This document shows, one piece after another, positions 19,033 through 31,806 of a stretch of DNA of 64,000 nt; the first letter of the stretch is position 1; every line of letters begins with the position of its first letter. A program made the translations under genes and the position numbers. The stretch is taken from the NCBI GenBank assembly GCA_963841735.1, contig CAWJDT010000004.1, positions 32,001 through 96,000 of the forward strand. Reading direction: 5' to 3'. The stretch is from an uncultured Actinomycetes bacterium. Lineage in GTDB: Bacteria; Actinomycetota; Thermoleophilia; RBG-16-64-13. The notes below the pieces were generated by a model, which did no database searches, was not told the DNA's origin, and saw nothing but the letters and a program-made list of their open reading frames with translations.

Positions 19033-21738
19033 ATGAGCATGGCGCAACCCATTCGCATACTCTTTGTGGAGGACGTGCCCTCCGACATGGAACTTGCTGC
19101 GCGCACCGTGCGGAACGCAGGGATGTGGTTCGAGTCCATGCGGGTGGAGACCGAGGCTGAGTTCACTGCGGCGCTGGCCGAGTTCCGGCCCGACCTGATC
19201 GTCTCGGATTTCGCCATGCCCGAGTTTGACGGGTTGCGCGCGCTTGAGATATCTCTGGACAAAGATCCAGGTTGCCCCTTCATCATTCTGACCGGCTCTC
19301 TCAACGAAGAGACAGCGGTGGCCTGCATCAAGGCGGGCGCGACCGACTACGTCATGAAGGAGCGGATAGCGCGCCTCCCGTATGCTATCGCGGAGGCGTT
19401 GGCGCAGCGCGACGCGCTAAGGGAGAAGAGGGCTGCCGAAAGCGCGCTGCTCTCGAGCGAAGCAAGGCTGGCCAGCATCTTCCGGATAGCGCCGGTGGGC
19501 ATCGGGATCGCTGTCGACCGGGCGATCCAGGAAGCGAACGATGTGCTGTGCGGCATGCTTGGCTATTCCCGCGAGGAGCTGATCGGGCAAGATGTCAGTT
19601 TCCTCCACACCTCCGAAGAGGAGCTTGAGCGGATTGGAAGCGAGGAGCTGTGCCAAGTCGCCGAGCTCGGCACGGCGATGATCGAGACCAGCTGGCGGCG
19701 CAAAGATGGCCAGGCCATCGATGTCCTGTTGGGCTTCACCCGGTTGGACCCCGCGGATCCCTCGAAAGGCCTGACATTGACGGCGCTCGACATAACCGAG
19801 CGCAAGCGGGCGGAAGACGAGGCCAAAGAGAGCGCGCATTTTTTGCAGCATCTTATCGACGCCATCCCCAGCCCGATCTTTTACAGGGACGCCCAAGGTG
19901 TGTACCAAGGCTGCAATGCCGCCTTCGCAAGCATGATGCAATTGCCTAGGGATCAGATTGTCGGCACCACCATGTTCGACGTTGCTCCTCAAGACTTGGC
20001 TGAGCAAGGCTGCGTGCTGGACCAGGCTCTGCTGGAACGTGGAGGCGTGCAAACCTACGAGTCACAGGTGATGTATGGCGACGGCGCGATCCACGAGGTC
20101 ATGCATAGCAAGGCAACCTTGACGAATGTGGATGGCACTGCGGCGGGTTTGGTGGGGGTGATGATGGATGTCACCGAGAGCAGGCGCATGGACAAGGAGT
20201 TGCGTTTCCGGAACCTCATCCTGACCACTCAGCAGGAAGCATCCATAGACGGCATCTTGGTGGTGGACGAGGGTGCCATGATCGTGTCGCGTAACGGGCG
20301 GTTCGTCGAGATGTGGGGCATCCCCGAACAGCTGATCGACGAACGGGTTGACGAACCGGTCTTGCAGTACATCTCCCGGCAGGCAGTGGACCCCAAAGCC
20401 TTTCTCCGGCTAACGAGGCATCTATACGCCCATCGCGCGGAGACCGGTCAAGGCGAACTGCTGCTTGCCGACGGGCGGATGTTCGAGTGGTATTCGGCTC
20501 CTATGTCCGGACCCGACGGTCACTACTACGGCCGGGTTTGGTACTACCGGGACGTCAGCGAGCGGCATCGGGCCGACGTGGAAAGGGAAGGGCTGCAGGA
20601 GCAGATCCAGCAGATCCAGAAGATGGAATCGGTTGGGCAGCTTGCCGGGGGAGTCGCGCACGACTTCAACAACATCTTGATGGTGCAAAAGGGCTATTGC
20701 GAGTTGATGAGAGCGGGCCTTGCCGATGACGACCCAATGGTGGACAGCGTCGCTCAGATAGAAGCATGCACCGACAGGGCGACTGCTCTCACCCGCCAGT
20801 TGCTGGCGTTTAGCCGCAAGCAGACTCTGCAGCCTCGAGTCATAGACCTCAATCAACTCGTACTGGGAGCGGAGGAAATGCTACGCCGGTTGCTCGGCGC
20901 ACAGGTGGACATGGAAATAGTGCCCTCGCCGGTTTCGGCCGTGGTCAAGGCGGACCCCGGGCAGGTCGAGCAGGTCTTGGTCAACCTGGTGGCCAATGCC
21001 CGGGACGCTATGCCTCAAGGGGGCACTCTGACCGTCCGTTTGTCGGTCGTCGACGTGGATTCCAACTACTGCCAAGGGCACGAAGGCCTTTCCCCTGGAG
21101 CTTACGTGATGCTCTCCGTGGGCGACACGGGTTGTGGAATGGACGCGGCGGTCAAGCGCCGCATGTTCGAACCTTTCTATACCACCAAGGGCGAAGGCAA
21201 GGGCACCGGCCTGGGCCTTTCCACGGCTCACGGCATCGTCCGCCAGTCCGGTGGGGACATCTGGGTTGAGAGCGAGCCGGGCAAGGGCGCCACCTTCACA
21301 GTCTGTCTGCCGCTCGTGAAGGATAAGCCACCTGATGAGTCGCAGCAGGAGGCTACGGTGGCCAAGGGCGATGGAGAGTTGGTTCTTGTTGTCGAAGATG
21401 AGCCGGCCCTCCGGGGATTGGCGATGGTCATGATCGAGCGGATGGGCTATCGGACGGCTGGGGCGGCCAATGGCGCCGCGGCCATCGCCATGGTAATGGA
21501 CGAAGGCTTGAGGCCCGATCTGATCTTGACCGACGTGGTCATGCCTGGAATGAGCGGACACGCTCTGGCCAAAAGGCTGAGCGCCACGCTGCCGGACGCC
21601 AAAGTGGTGTACATGTCGGGGTACACCGATGACGCGATAGCTCACCAGGGCGTCCTGGATCCGGGCATAGACTTCCTGCAGAAGCCCTTCTCGATGGCCG
21701 ACCTGGCCGCGAAGATCCGCTCGGTGTTGGCTCGATGA
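19033..21738 (+). CDS. Hybrid sensor kinase REC-PAS-PAS-PAS-HisKA-HATPase-REC
   Basis: N-terminal receiver; QKMESVGQLAGGVAHDFNN; NARDAM; GTGLGL; C-terminal receiver LTDVVMPG...FLQKPF. Confidence 0.93.
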   Translation: MSMAQPIRILFVEDVPSDMELAARTVRNAGMWFESMRVETEAEFTAALAEFRPDLIVSDFAMPEFDGLRALEISLDKDPGCPFIILTGSLNEETAVACIKAGATDYVMKERIARLPYAIAEALAQRDALREKRAAESALLSSEARLASIFRIAPVGIGIAVDRAIQEANDVLCGMLGYSREELIGQDVSFLHTSEEELERIGSEELCQVAELGTAMIETSWRRKDGQAIDVLLGFTRLDPADPSKGLTLTALDITERKRAEDEAKESAHFLQHLIDAIPSPIFYRDAQGVYQGCNAAFASMMQLPRDQIVGTTMFDVAPQDLAEQGCVLDQALLERGGVQTYESQVMYGDGAIHEVMHSKATLTNVDGTAAGLVGVMMDVTESRRMDKELRFRNLILTTQQEASIDGILVVDEGAMIVSRNGRFVEMWGIPEQLIDERVDEPVLQYISRQAVDPKAFLRLTRHLYAHRAETGQGELLLADGRMFEWYSAPMSGPDGHYYGRVWYYRDVSERHRADVEREGLQEQIQQIQKMESVGQLAGGVAHDFNNILMVQKGYCELMRAGLADDDPMVDSVAQIEACTDRATALTRQLLAFSRKQTLQPRVIDLNQLVLGAEEMLRRLLGAQVDMEIVPSPVSAVVKADPGQVEQVLVNLVANARDAMPQGGTLTVRLSVVDVDSNYCQGHEGLSPGAYVMLSVGDTGCGMDAAVKRRMFEPFYTTKGEGKGTGLGLSTAHGIVRQSGGDIWVESEPGKGATFTVCLPLVKDKPPDESQQEATVAKGDGELVLVVEDEPALRGLAMVMIERMGYRTAGAANGAAAIAMVMDEGLRPDLILTDVVMPGMSGHALAKRLSATLPDAKVVYMSGYTDDAIAHQGVLDPGIDFLQKPFSMADLAAKIRSVLAR

Positions 21739-21864
21739 TGAAGCCGCGCGCCGCCGCCGATAGGTGGACACTTACCTTCAGAAGCAATGCGAAGCGGAGG
21801 TCAGCCAGGGTATTTGTCCGGAATGCATGAAGGAGCGTTGTGCCGATCTGGGAAAGGAGGCCTG

Positions 21865-22314
21865 ATGACGCGCATCGCCATTGCTGCCGACCACGCGGGC
21901 TATCGACTTAAAGAGGTCATCAAGGCCCACCTTGAGGCGGCCGGACACGAAATGAGCGACTTCGGGACTAATAGCGAGGACCCGGTTGATTACCCCGACT
22001 ATGTGCGCCCCGTCGCGCGGAGCGTAGCCGAAGGAAGGCACGAGCTGGGCGTCGTCCTGGGCGGCTCCGGTAATGGGGAGGCCATGACCGCCAACAAGGT
22101 CCGCGGAATTCGCTGCGCGGTGTGCTGGAATATGTCCAGCGCGCGTCTTGCCAGAGAACACAACAACGCCAACATGATCGCTATGGGTGCCCGCATGGTC
22201 AGTGAGCGTGCCGCGCTCAGGGCCGTCGATGCCTGGTTGGGGGCATCGTTCCAGCATGGGCGGCATTTGCGCCGTGTTGAGAAGCTTGAGAGGGGGAGGG
22301 TGTCCCTCGAGTAG
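21865..22314 (+). CDS. rpiB: Ribose-5-phosphate isomerase B
   Basis: IAADHAG, DYPD, GGSGNGE, ANKVRGIRCA, REHNNAN, GRHLRRV. SD AAGGAGG before ATG 21865. Confidence 0.93.
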   Translation: MTRIAIAADHAGYRLKEVIKAHLEAAGHEMSDFGTNSEDPVDYPDYVRPVARSVAEGRHELGVVLGGSGNGEAMTANKVRGIRCAVCWNMSSARLAREHNNANMIAMGARMVSERAALRAVDAWLGASFQHGRHLRRVEKLERGRVSLE

Positions 22315-22466
22315 GTTACAGGCGGACCCCAAGACGAGGGAGAAACGATGGCGGCTCCTTTGTGCACGTGGCCTCTGACGGCGTGACCGATCCCCAGTGG
22401 ACCGTGACCTCCGGGGCGAGGATGGATAAGATGGAGGGCAATGCAAGCTAGGGGTCGGAGGTACCT

Positions 22467-23141
22467 ATGAGTAACCGGGTCGCCGTGGTCACCGGCGCTT
22501 CTTCAGGTCTTGGTCTGAGCATAAGCAGGGAGTTGCTCAAGGAGGGCCTGAACGTGGTGGGCGTCGCTCGCCGGGCGACCAATGAGAGTTCTGCGCTCGG
22601 GCAAGGTTTCACCCTGGTACTGGGTGATGTCGCCCTGGAGGACACAGCCAGAGAGGTCTTTGACACAGCAGCGACTCTCGGGACGACCGACGTTCTGGTC
22701 AACTGCGCCGGCGCGGGCTTGTTCGGTGGCGCGGGCGCCAATACTCGCGCCGACGTGGACAAGGTTTTGGGGGCGAGTCTGTTTGGGACCATCCTGTTTT
22801 GCGAGCAGGCGATCAGGCGCTTCGCTCTGGGCGGTACGATTGTGAACGTCATGTCGACCTCGGCCCTGGTGGGTCGGGCCAACGAGTCGATCTATTGCGC
22901 CTCCAAATGGGGCGCGCGAGGCTACACGGAGTCCATCCGAGCCGAGCTGAAGGGCCGCGGCATCCGAATCGTGGCGGTATACCCGGGCGGCATGAACACC
23001 CGCTTCTGGAGCGAGGCACAAGGTGCGACTACTGACAGCTCCAAATTCATGGATCCCGCCGAGGTAGCCGGCACGATCGTAGCGGCTATCCTCGCTGCGG
23101 GCAGTGGATATGTGAGCGATCTGACCATAAACCGGGCCTGA
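22467..23141 (+). CDS. Short-chain dehydrogenase/reductase
   Basis: TGASSGLG, NCAG, catalytic YCASK, PGGMNT. Confidence 0.92.
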   Translation: MSNRVAVVTGASSGLGLSISRELLKEGLNVVGVARRATNESSALGQGFTLVLGDVALEDTAREVFDTAATLGTTDVLVNCAGAGLFGGAGANTRADVDKVLGASLFGTILFCEQAIRRFALGGTIVNVMSTSALVGRANESIYCASKWGARGYTESIRAELKGRGIRIVAVYPGGMNTRFWSEAQGATTDSSKFMDPAEVAGTIVAAILAAGSGYVSDLTINRA

Positions 23142-23154
23142 GCCGCCACCACTA

Positions 23155-23676
23155 ATGGGTGAGGGGGGCGACGCATGTGAGGTTGGGCTTCGGCGCCGCA
23201 TCCGCGTTCTGCTGGTTCTCTTTATGGCAGGATTGGTGCTGAGCGGTCTGACCGCGTTCTGGTTGGACCGCGAACTCCAGTGGCTGGCCTCGTGGATGGG
23301 CATCGATCGTGGTTTGGCACCCGGCGCGTATTCCGGGTTGAAGTACTGGATCGCGACCGTAGCCGCCGGCCTTCATGTGACAAATGCCGAGTATCCCTTT
23401 CTGGCCTACGGTACCGACTGGTTGGCCTTCGGGCATCTGGTAATCGCCGTCGCTTTTATCGGCCCGCTCCGGGATCCGGTAAGGAATGTCTGGGTGGTGA
23501 CCTTCGGTCTGATAGCTTGTGGGGCCGTCATTCCGCTGGCGGTCATAGCAGGCGCCGTGCGTGACATACCACTGTACTGGAGCCTGATCGACTGCTGCTT
23601 CGGCGTGGTGGGAGCGTTGATACTGTGGCCGGTTCGTCGGTACACATTGATGCTGGGAACCCTTCGGAGCGGCTAG
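23155..23676 (+). CDS. Conserved membrane protein of unknown function
   Basis: Four hydrophobic segments; YPFLAYGTDWLAFGH...GPLRDPVRNVW. Confidence 0.7.
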   Translation: MGEGGDACEVGLRRRIRVLLVLFMAGLVLSGLTAFWLDRELQWLASWMGIDRGLAPGAYSGLKYWIATVAAGLHVTNAEYPFLAYGTDWLAFGHLVIAVAFIGPLRDPVRNVWVVTFGLIACGAVIPLAVIAGAVRDIPLYWSLIDCCFGVVGALILWPVRRYTLMLGTLRSG

Positions 23677-23794
23677 GCACCCAGCGGGAGAAGAACACCG
23701 CACCGGCGCAGAGGGTCCGTGGAAAGGGATCTGCTGGACAGTCAGAGTTCTGGCATATAGAGTTGTGCTCCGATCCGCAGGCGAAGGGGGCAAG

Positions 23795-24424
23795 ATGCGA
23801 AGATGGTCCTGGGTGCTGAAGCTGTTGGCTTGGTTGGTTATTGTTTGCGGGTTGATGTTTCTCCTCTCGGCTTTTGTACCCGATCTGCCCGATGAGCCCG
23901 AAAGCACCATGGGAGATCGTGTTCTAGCCGCAGTCCTGGGCGTGCTTTTGGTTGCTGGTGGGTTGATGGGACTCGCCGTTCAGGTTCGCAACCGGCTTGT
24001 GGCCGGTCGAAACGTTTGCAGAGTGAAGTCCGCGGATCTCGATGCGCTGCTCCAGCGTAGACGCGAACTTGCCAGGAGCCTGATGGGTCTGTCGGAACAG
24101 TTTGCCGCACGGCACGGCGGCGATTTTGCCGAAGTGGCAGCATTCATGGGCACCAGTATGTACTCCGGCTTAGTGGACAGGGGGAGAGAGTCGAACAAGC
24201 GTCTCGTTCCGACCTTTCTGGTCGCGGCAGAAGCCTATCCAGAGCTGGCCGCCGAAGGGGCCTTTGCTGTGATGTTCCAAGAGCTGCGCGAAACAGAAGA
24301 CCGGATTTCCGTGGCGCGGGCCGATTACGGCAACGCCACGCTCGCGCACAACACGCGCATCCAATCGTTCCCAAGCTCAGTGGCGGCTAGGCTGTTTCGC
24401 TTGTCAGAGCAGGAGGCCATCTAG
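23795..24424 (+). CDS. LemA family protein with two N-terminal TM helices
   Basis: LQRR..L, AEAYPELAA, L.ETEDRISVAR..Y, NTRIQSFPS. Confidence 0.82.
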   Translation: MRRWSWVLKLLAWLVIVCGLMFLLSAFVPDLPDEPESTMGDRVLAAVLGVLLVAGGLMGLAVQVRNRLVAGRNVCRVKSADLDALLQRRRELARSLMGLSEQFAARHGGDFAEVAAFMGTSMYSGLVDRGRESNKRLVPTFLVAAEAYPELAAEGAFAVMFQELRETEDRISVARADYGNATLAHNTRIQSFPSSVAARLFRLSEQEAI

Positions 24425-24430
24425 CCGGTT

Positions 24431-25069
24431 GTGAACCTCGCATTCGGCGTCTATGGGCTTGTGGCCGAAACCGCTGTGGAATGGACTACGGGCAATGTCG
24501 TGCAGTCCAGTCCCGTTAGGCACGTGGTAGTCGGTAACCTCTCAGGGGTCTACAGGGTCATCGGCCCGCTAGCGGTGACGCCTACGGCGGATCCGACGAT
24601 CTCAGACAACGCGACGCCCCTGGTGTTGATCATGGGCTTCAGTGGGACGATGGATCTGTGGTCGCCCGCGTTCGTCACGGCGCTTGCACAAGACAAGTCG
24701 GTCATCGTCTTCGACAATCGAGGCATCGGCGAGACGAATGACCCGATGGGCGAAGACCCCTTCTCCCAACTGGCAGACGACACGGCAGCGTTCATCAAGG
24801 CTCTCGGCTACGAGCGGGAAGACGTCCTGGGTTGGTCGATGGGCGGCGACATCGCCATAGACCTGGGAGTACGCAGAAGGCTTCCCCATCCCCAAGGAGC
24901 AGGCGGGGGCGACGGCGATCGGCCTGCAGGCCGAGGCGATGGGCAAATGGGAGGGCGTGTGGGACGGCCTTTAAGGAATCGGGCTCAGTACCCTGCTGGT
25001 GACGGGCACGGCCTCATGTATCAGGACCCGGAGGGGTTGGCTCGGTTGGTTCTGATGTTCCTGGGGTGA
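24431..25069 (+). pseudogene. Decayed alpha/beta hydrolase with internal deletions, frameshifts and a stop
   Basis: LIMGFSG, FDNRGIG, GWSMGG in one frame. The cap and ...DGL*GIGLSTLLVTGT segment is in another frame with TAA at 24972. GHGLMYQ resumes in the first frame. Confidence 0.72.
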
Positions 25070-25122
25070 CGGCGGGCGCTCTCGCTTCCCACTGAGGGGC
25101 GGATAAGCTAATCTTACGCGCG

Positions 25123-25154
25123 ACCTTTAATCGAGCCCAGTGAGGCCGAAAGGA
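25123..25154 (+). promoter_or_regulatory. PyrR-binding RNA element in the carB leader
   Basis: ACCUUUAAUCGAGCCCAGUGAGGCCGAAAGGA matches the PyrR loop pattern CUUUAA..AGUCCNGNGAGGCU..AAGG. Possible -10 TAAGCT at 25104. Confidence 0.8.
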
Positions 25155-25168
25155 AGAGTGGTACAAGC

Positions 25169-28531
<3,363 letters not shown>

Positions 28532-28540
28532 AGGGGGCTT

Positions 28541-28568
28541 TGAAGGCGTAGGACTCCCTGTCCGATAG
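28541..28568 (+). promoter_or_regulatory. Putative sigma28/WhiG-type promoter
   Basis: TGAA-N16-TCCGATAG, 40 nt upstream of the micro-ORF start. Confidence 0.42.
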
Positions 28569-28607
28569 TGGAGGCTGTTGTCGCGTCCAGCGTCAAGGAG
28601 GTTCGGA

Positions 28608-28676
28608 GTGTTCTGTCCCAAATGTGGTGCCGCCATCGACGAGGATGACGCAGTCTGCGATAAGTGGAGAGTCTGA
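28608..28676 (+). pseudogene. 22-aa zinc-ribbon micro-ORF or gene remnant (MFCPKCGAAIDEDDAVCDKWRV)
   Basis: Perfect SD AAGGAGG 6 nt before GTG. CxxC...Cxx(W) zinc-ribbon pattern with the fourth Cys replaced by Trp. Confidence 0.62.
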
Positions 28677-28716
28677 CGACGGCCCGTCGGTCATGCTATC
28701 TGGGCGACATCTGAGC

Positions 28717-29532
28717 ATGAACGGAGCGGGCGAATCTCGCCTGCGGGGGAGGTTGATAGCCAGCGAGGCCGTCGGCCTCTGGCGGCGACTGACCCTTGAC
28801 GTACCCGGCTGGCCCGGGAGCCGCCCCGGACAGTTCGCCCTTCTCCAGGCCGAACCGTCGCGGTGCTTCTTGGCGCGGGCCATTTCGGTGTCGGACGAAA
28901 AGGGGGAAAGGGTGTCGTTCATCATCGCCCCTGTTGGGGACGGCACGGCGGAGCTGTGCGGCGTGGCCGAAGGTGAGCACGTGTGGGTGCTGGGCCCGCT
29001 CGGAAACGGCTTCGATGTGGATGCGCTTGTCACCAGTCCAGGCCGGGTGGTGGTGGTGGCCGGGGGTGTGGGCTTGGCTCCGTTTCCTCTGTTGCTCTCC
29101 AGGATGAGCGTGGCTGCCACGGTCCCGGAGGTTATGGTGTTGCTTGGGTTCCGTGACGCGGCCCAGGCAGAGGCGGCCGGGGTGGTGCAGGAGGCAGCGG
29201 TGCGCATGGGTGAGGCGGGGCTCCGTTGTCGGCTCGAAGTGGCCACTGAGGACGGATCGCTCGGTCTGGCAGAGAGGGTCACCGACCTTCTCGCGCGTCA
29301 TCTTCGCTCAGGCGACCGCGTGGTGGCGTGCGGCCCTGAAGCAATGGCCAAAGCGGTCTGGCAGGTGTGCGCCACCGTGGGGGAGGTGCGGAGTTGGTTC
29401 AGCTTAGAGACCAAGATGGCCTGCGGCCTAGGATCGTGTCACGGATGCGTCGTCACACTGGCCGACGGCTCATATGCGCGGGTATGTCACGAAGGCCCGG
29501 TGTTCGGCGGGGTTGAGGTGTTCGGTGGCTGA
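28717..29532 (+). CDS. pyrK: Dihydroorotate dehydrogenase electron transfer subunit
   Basis: PGQF, GPLGNGF, AGGVG, ACGP, LETKMACGLGSCHGC...VCHEGPVF. Confidence 0.93.
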   Translation: MNGAGESRLRGRLIASEAVGLWRRLTLDVPGWPGSRPGQFALLQAEPSRCFLARAISVSDEKGERVSFIIAPVGDGTAELCGVAEGEHVWVLGPLGNGFDVDALVTSPGRVVVVAGGVGLAPFPLLLSRMSVAATVPEVMVLLGFRDAAQAEAAGVVQEAAVRMGEAGLRCRLEVATEDGSLGLAERVTDLLARHLRSGDRVVACGPEAMAKAVWQVCATVGEVRSWFSLETKMACGLGSCHGCVVTLADGSYARVCHEGPVFGGVEVFGG

Positions 29533-30484
29533 CCTCTCTGTGAACCTGGGCCCACTGCGTCTCGAGCACCCCATCATCAACTGCTCGGGCACCATGGAAC
29601 TGTTCGAGCTGGCCGAGGTGTTCGGTGCCGGAGTCGTGGAGCACCCGCCGGTGGCCGCGTACGTGCCCAAGACGGTCACGCTTGAGCCGCGGGTAGGGAA
29701 TCCCCCGCCGCGCATACTGGAGACCGCCGGGGGCATGATCAACGCAATCGGCCTACCTGGTCCCGGGCTGGATGTCTTCCTACACCAGGAGCTACCCCGC
29801 CTCCTCGAGTTGCCTTGCCCGGTCATCGTGAGCATCGGAGGTTTCTCGGCCGGCGACTATGCCGCGCTGGCCACGTCTGTCCGCATTGCGCTCGACAGGG
29901 CGTTGGCTGGAGGCTGGGTGACCAAGGTCGGGCTCGAGCTGAACATCTCTTGCCCAAACGTGCATTCGGGCTGCGCGTCCATCGGCGCCGACCCGGGGGA
30001 GACCAGGGCGGTGGTGGAGGCCGTTCGCGCGGTTTGGCCGGGGCTCCTGGTCGCAAAGCTCACGCCGAACGTCACAGATATCGTGGCCATCGGGAGGGCC
30101 GCCGAGGCGGCGGGCGCCGACGCTTTGGCGGCAGTAAACACCTTCAAGGGGATCGTTCTCGACCGACAGACGCTGAAGCCGTTTCTGGGCAACACCACTG
30201 GTGGTTTGTCTGGCCCAGCTATCAAGCCGCTTGCCTTGCGGGCCGTCTATGAGTTGTATCAGGGGGTGGGCGTGCCAATCATTGGCATGGGCGGGGTGGC
30301 GACTGTCCAGGATGTGCTTGACTTCATGTCCTGTGGAGCCATGGTGGTGGCAGCGGGGTCTGCGGGCTTTCAGGACCCCGGCCGAGCGTCCGGACTTGCT
30401 CATGACCTGGGGGTCGCCTTGGCACAGCGCGACTTGTCGTTGCGGGGGCTGATCGGTCGCGCACATGGGCCGGAGAGAGCGTAG
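29525..30484 (+). CDS. pyrD: Dihydroorotate dehydrogenase family 1B catalytic subunit
   Basis: GNPPPRI.ET, NAIGL, ELNISCPNV, KLTPNV, GGLSGPAIKP. GTG 29525 overlaps the end of pyrK. Confidence 0.95.
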   Translation: MADLSVNLGPLRLEHPIINCSGTMELFELAEVFGAGVVEHPPVAAYVPKTVTLEPRVGNPPPRILETAGGMINAIGLPGPGLDVFLHQELPRLLELPCPVIVSIGGFSAGDYAALATSVRIALDRALAGGWVTKVGLELNISCPNVHSGCASIGADPGETRAVVEAVRAVWPGLLVAKLTPNVTDIVAIGRAAEAAGADALAAVNTFKGIVLDRQTLKPFLGNTTGGLSGPAIKPLALRAVYELYQGVGVPIIGMGGVATVQDVLDFMSCGAMVVAAGSAGFQDPGRASGLAHDLGVALAQRDLSLRGLIGRAHGPERA

Positions 30485-30535
30485 GTCCGACGTGGGTGCA
30501 GGGGAAAAACGCGCTTGTAGTGGCCAAAAACCGTA

Positions 30536-30563
30536 TTGCGTCACCTAGGGTGGTGTGTATAAT
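30536..30563 (+). promoter_or_regulatory. Housekeeping promoter of mihF, probably leaderless
   Basis: TTGCGT-N16-TATAAT with an extended TGTG; GTG start 7 nt after the -10. Confidence 0.65.
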
Positions 30564-30570
30564 GGCCGCT

Positions 30571-30903
30571 GTGAACCAGATTTTGAGCACCACTCCCCAG
30601 ACACCCGAGCGTAGCCAACAGCAAAGGTTGGACGCTCTCAAAAGGGCTAATGACATCCGCTCGGAGCGCGCGCGGCTCAAGGAGAGTCTGCGCACGGGAG
30701 TCTTGACTATCATCGTCGTGCTGGGCGACCCACCGCCGTGTGTGCATACAGCCAAGGTGCTCGACCTGCTGTTGGCCGTGCCCAAGTATGGGCGGGTCAA
30801 AGCCAACCGGGTGCTCGAACGTTGCCGGGTGAGCCCGGCCAGGACCGTTAATGGCCTGACCCCTCGCCAACGCAAAGAGCTGCTGGATATGCTGGGCGGC
30901 TGA
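30571..30903 (+). CDS. mihF: Actinobacterial integration host factor
   Basis: QRLDALKRANDIR, KVLDLLLAVPKYGRVKA, GLTPRQRKEL. Canonical position before gmk. Confidence 0.9.
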   Translation: MNQILSTTPQTPERSQQQRLDALKRANDIRSERARLKESLRTGVLTIIVVLGDPPPCVHTAKVLDLLLAVPKYGRVKANRVLERCRVSPARTVNGLTPRQRKELLDMLGG

Positions 30904-30929
30904 CCGACTCTCGATTTCTGGGGGCGGCT

Positions 30930-31529
30930 ATCGCCAGGCTTATAGTTATCTCCGGCCCATCGGGGGCGGGCAAAGGCACACTTATCAAACAAGTGATGGC
31001 GCGCGTCCCGCGTCTGACACTTTCGGTCTCGGCAACCACACGTTGTAAGCGGCCCGGCGAGCAGGACGGCCGCGAATATTCTTTTCTGGACGAGTCGGAG
31101 TTCAGGGGGTGGATCCAGGAGGGTCTTTTCCTGGAGTGGGCCGAATATGCGGGCCATCTATACGGTACGCCTGCGCAGGCGGTTCAGGAGAACCTGAACG
31201 CGGGTCTCGGTGTCATACTTGAGATTGAGCTTAAAGGGGCCGAGCAGGTTTTGGGGCAGCGGGTTGACGCGATGATGATCTACATCATGCCGCCATCACT
31301 TTCCGAGCTCGAACACCGGCTGCGCGGTCGCAAGACCGAGAGTGAAGAGGCCATACGCAATCGGCTGGCGAGGGCGGAGGAAGAGATGGCCACCGTGCGG
31401 AAGAAGGTGGAGGAAGGACTGCCGCCACTGCACCATGTTATAGTGAACGACAGTGTGAAGCGGGCCAGCAGCCAATTGGCCGCGATAATCGAACTAACTA
31501 GGAAACAAGATGAACAAGCCAACCATTGA
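30930..31529 (+). CDS. gmk: Guanylate kinase; apparent non-canonical (ATC or CTG) start
   Basis: The P-loop segment ARLIVISGPSGAGKGT lies upstream of the first GTG (30993). SVSATTR, EWAEY..YGT. Confidence 0.92.
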   Translation: MARLIVISGPSGAGKGTLIKQVMARVPRLTLSVSATTRCKRPGEQDGREYSFLDESEFRGWIQEGLFLEWAEYAGHLYGTPAQAVQENLNAGLGVILEIELKGAEQVLGQRVDAMMIYIMPPSLSELEHRLRGRKTESEEAIRNRLARAEEEMATVRKKVEEGLPPLHHVIVNDSVKRASSQLAAIIELTRKQDEQANH

Positions 31530-31782
31530 TGAGATCCTAGCCGGGCTGTCAGCTGCGCGTGACGCGGACGCGGTGGAGCCTAACCGCTACACGGCGGCGA
31601 TGGTCACGGCTAAGAGGGCCCGCCAGATCAACACCTACTATCACAGTTTGGGCGAAGGCTCGGGACTGGACAGTTTTCTGCCCACCACCACGGGCGGCTT
31701 CTCCCGCAATTACCTCAGCATCGCGATGGCCGAAGCCGCTCGCGGGGAGATCTCCTTCCGGCTCCGTCCCCAGCGGCCCTAG
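31510..31782 (+). CDS. rpoZ: RNA polymerase omega subunit
   Basis: P.IDE.L, NRY....AKRARQI, LSIAM.E. Between gmk and coaBC. Confidence 0.9.
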   Translation: MNKPTIDEILAGLSAARDADAVEPNRYTAAMVTAKRARQINTYYHSLGEGSGLDSFLPTTTGGFSRNYLSIAMAEAARGEISFRLRPQRP

Positions 31783-31806
31783 GCCCGCCAGGCAACTAGG
31801 GAGCGT

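Noticed and set aside
21736-21763. sigma28-like promoter before rpiB (GCCGATAG)
   Set aside because: The -35 is poor or mis-spaced, and the GC-rich context makes a chance match likely.
22347-22390. Short ORF MAAPLCTWPLTA after an SD-like GAGGGAG
   Set aside because: Twelve codons with no recognisable motif; cannot be supported.
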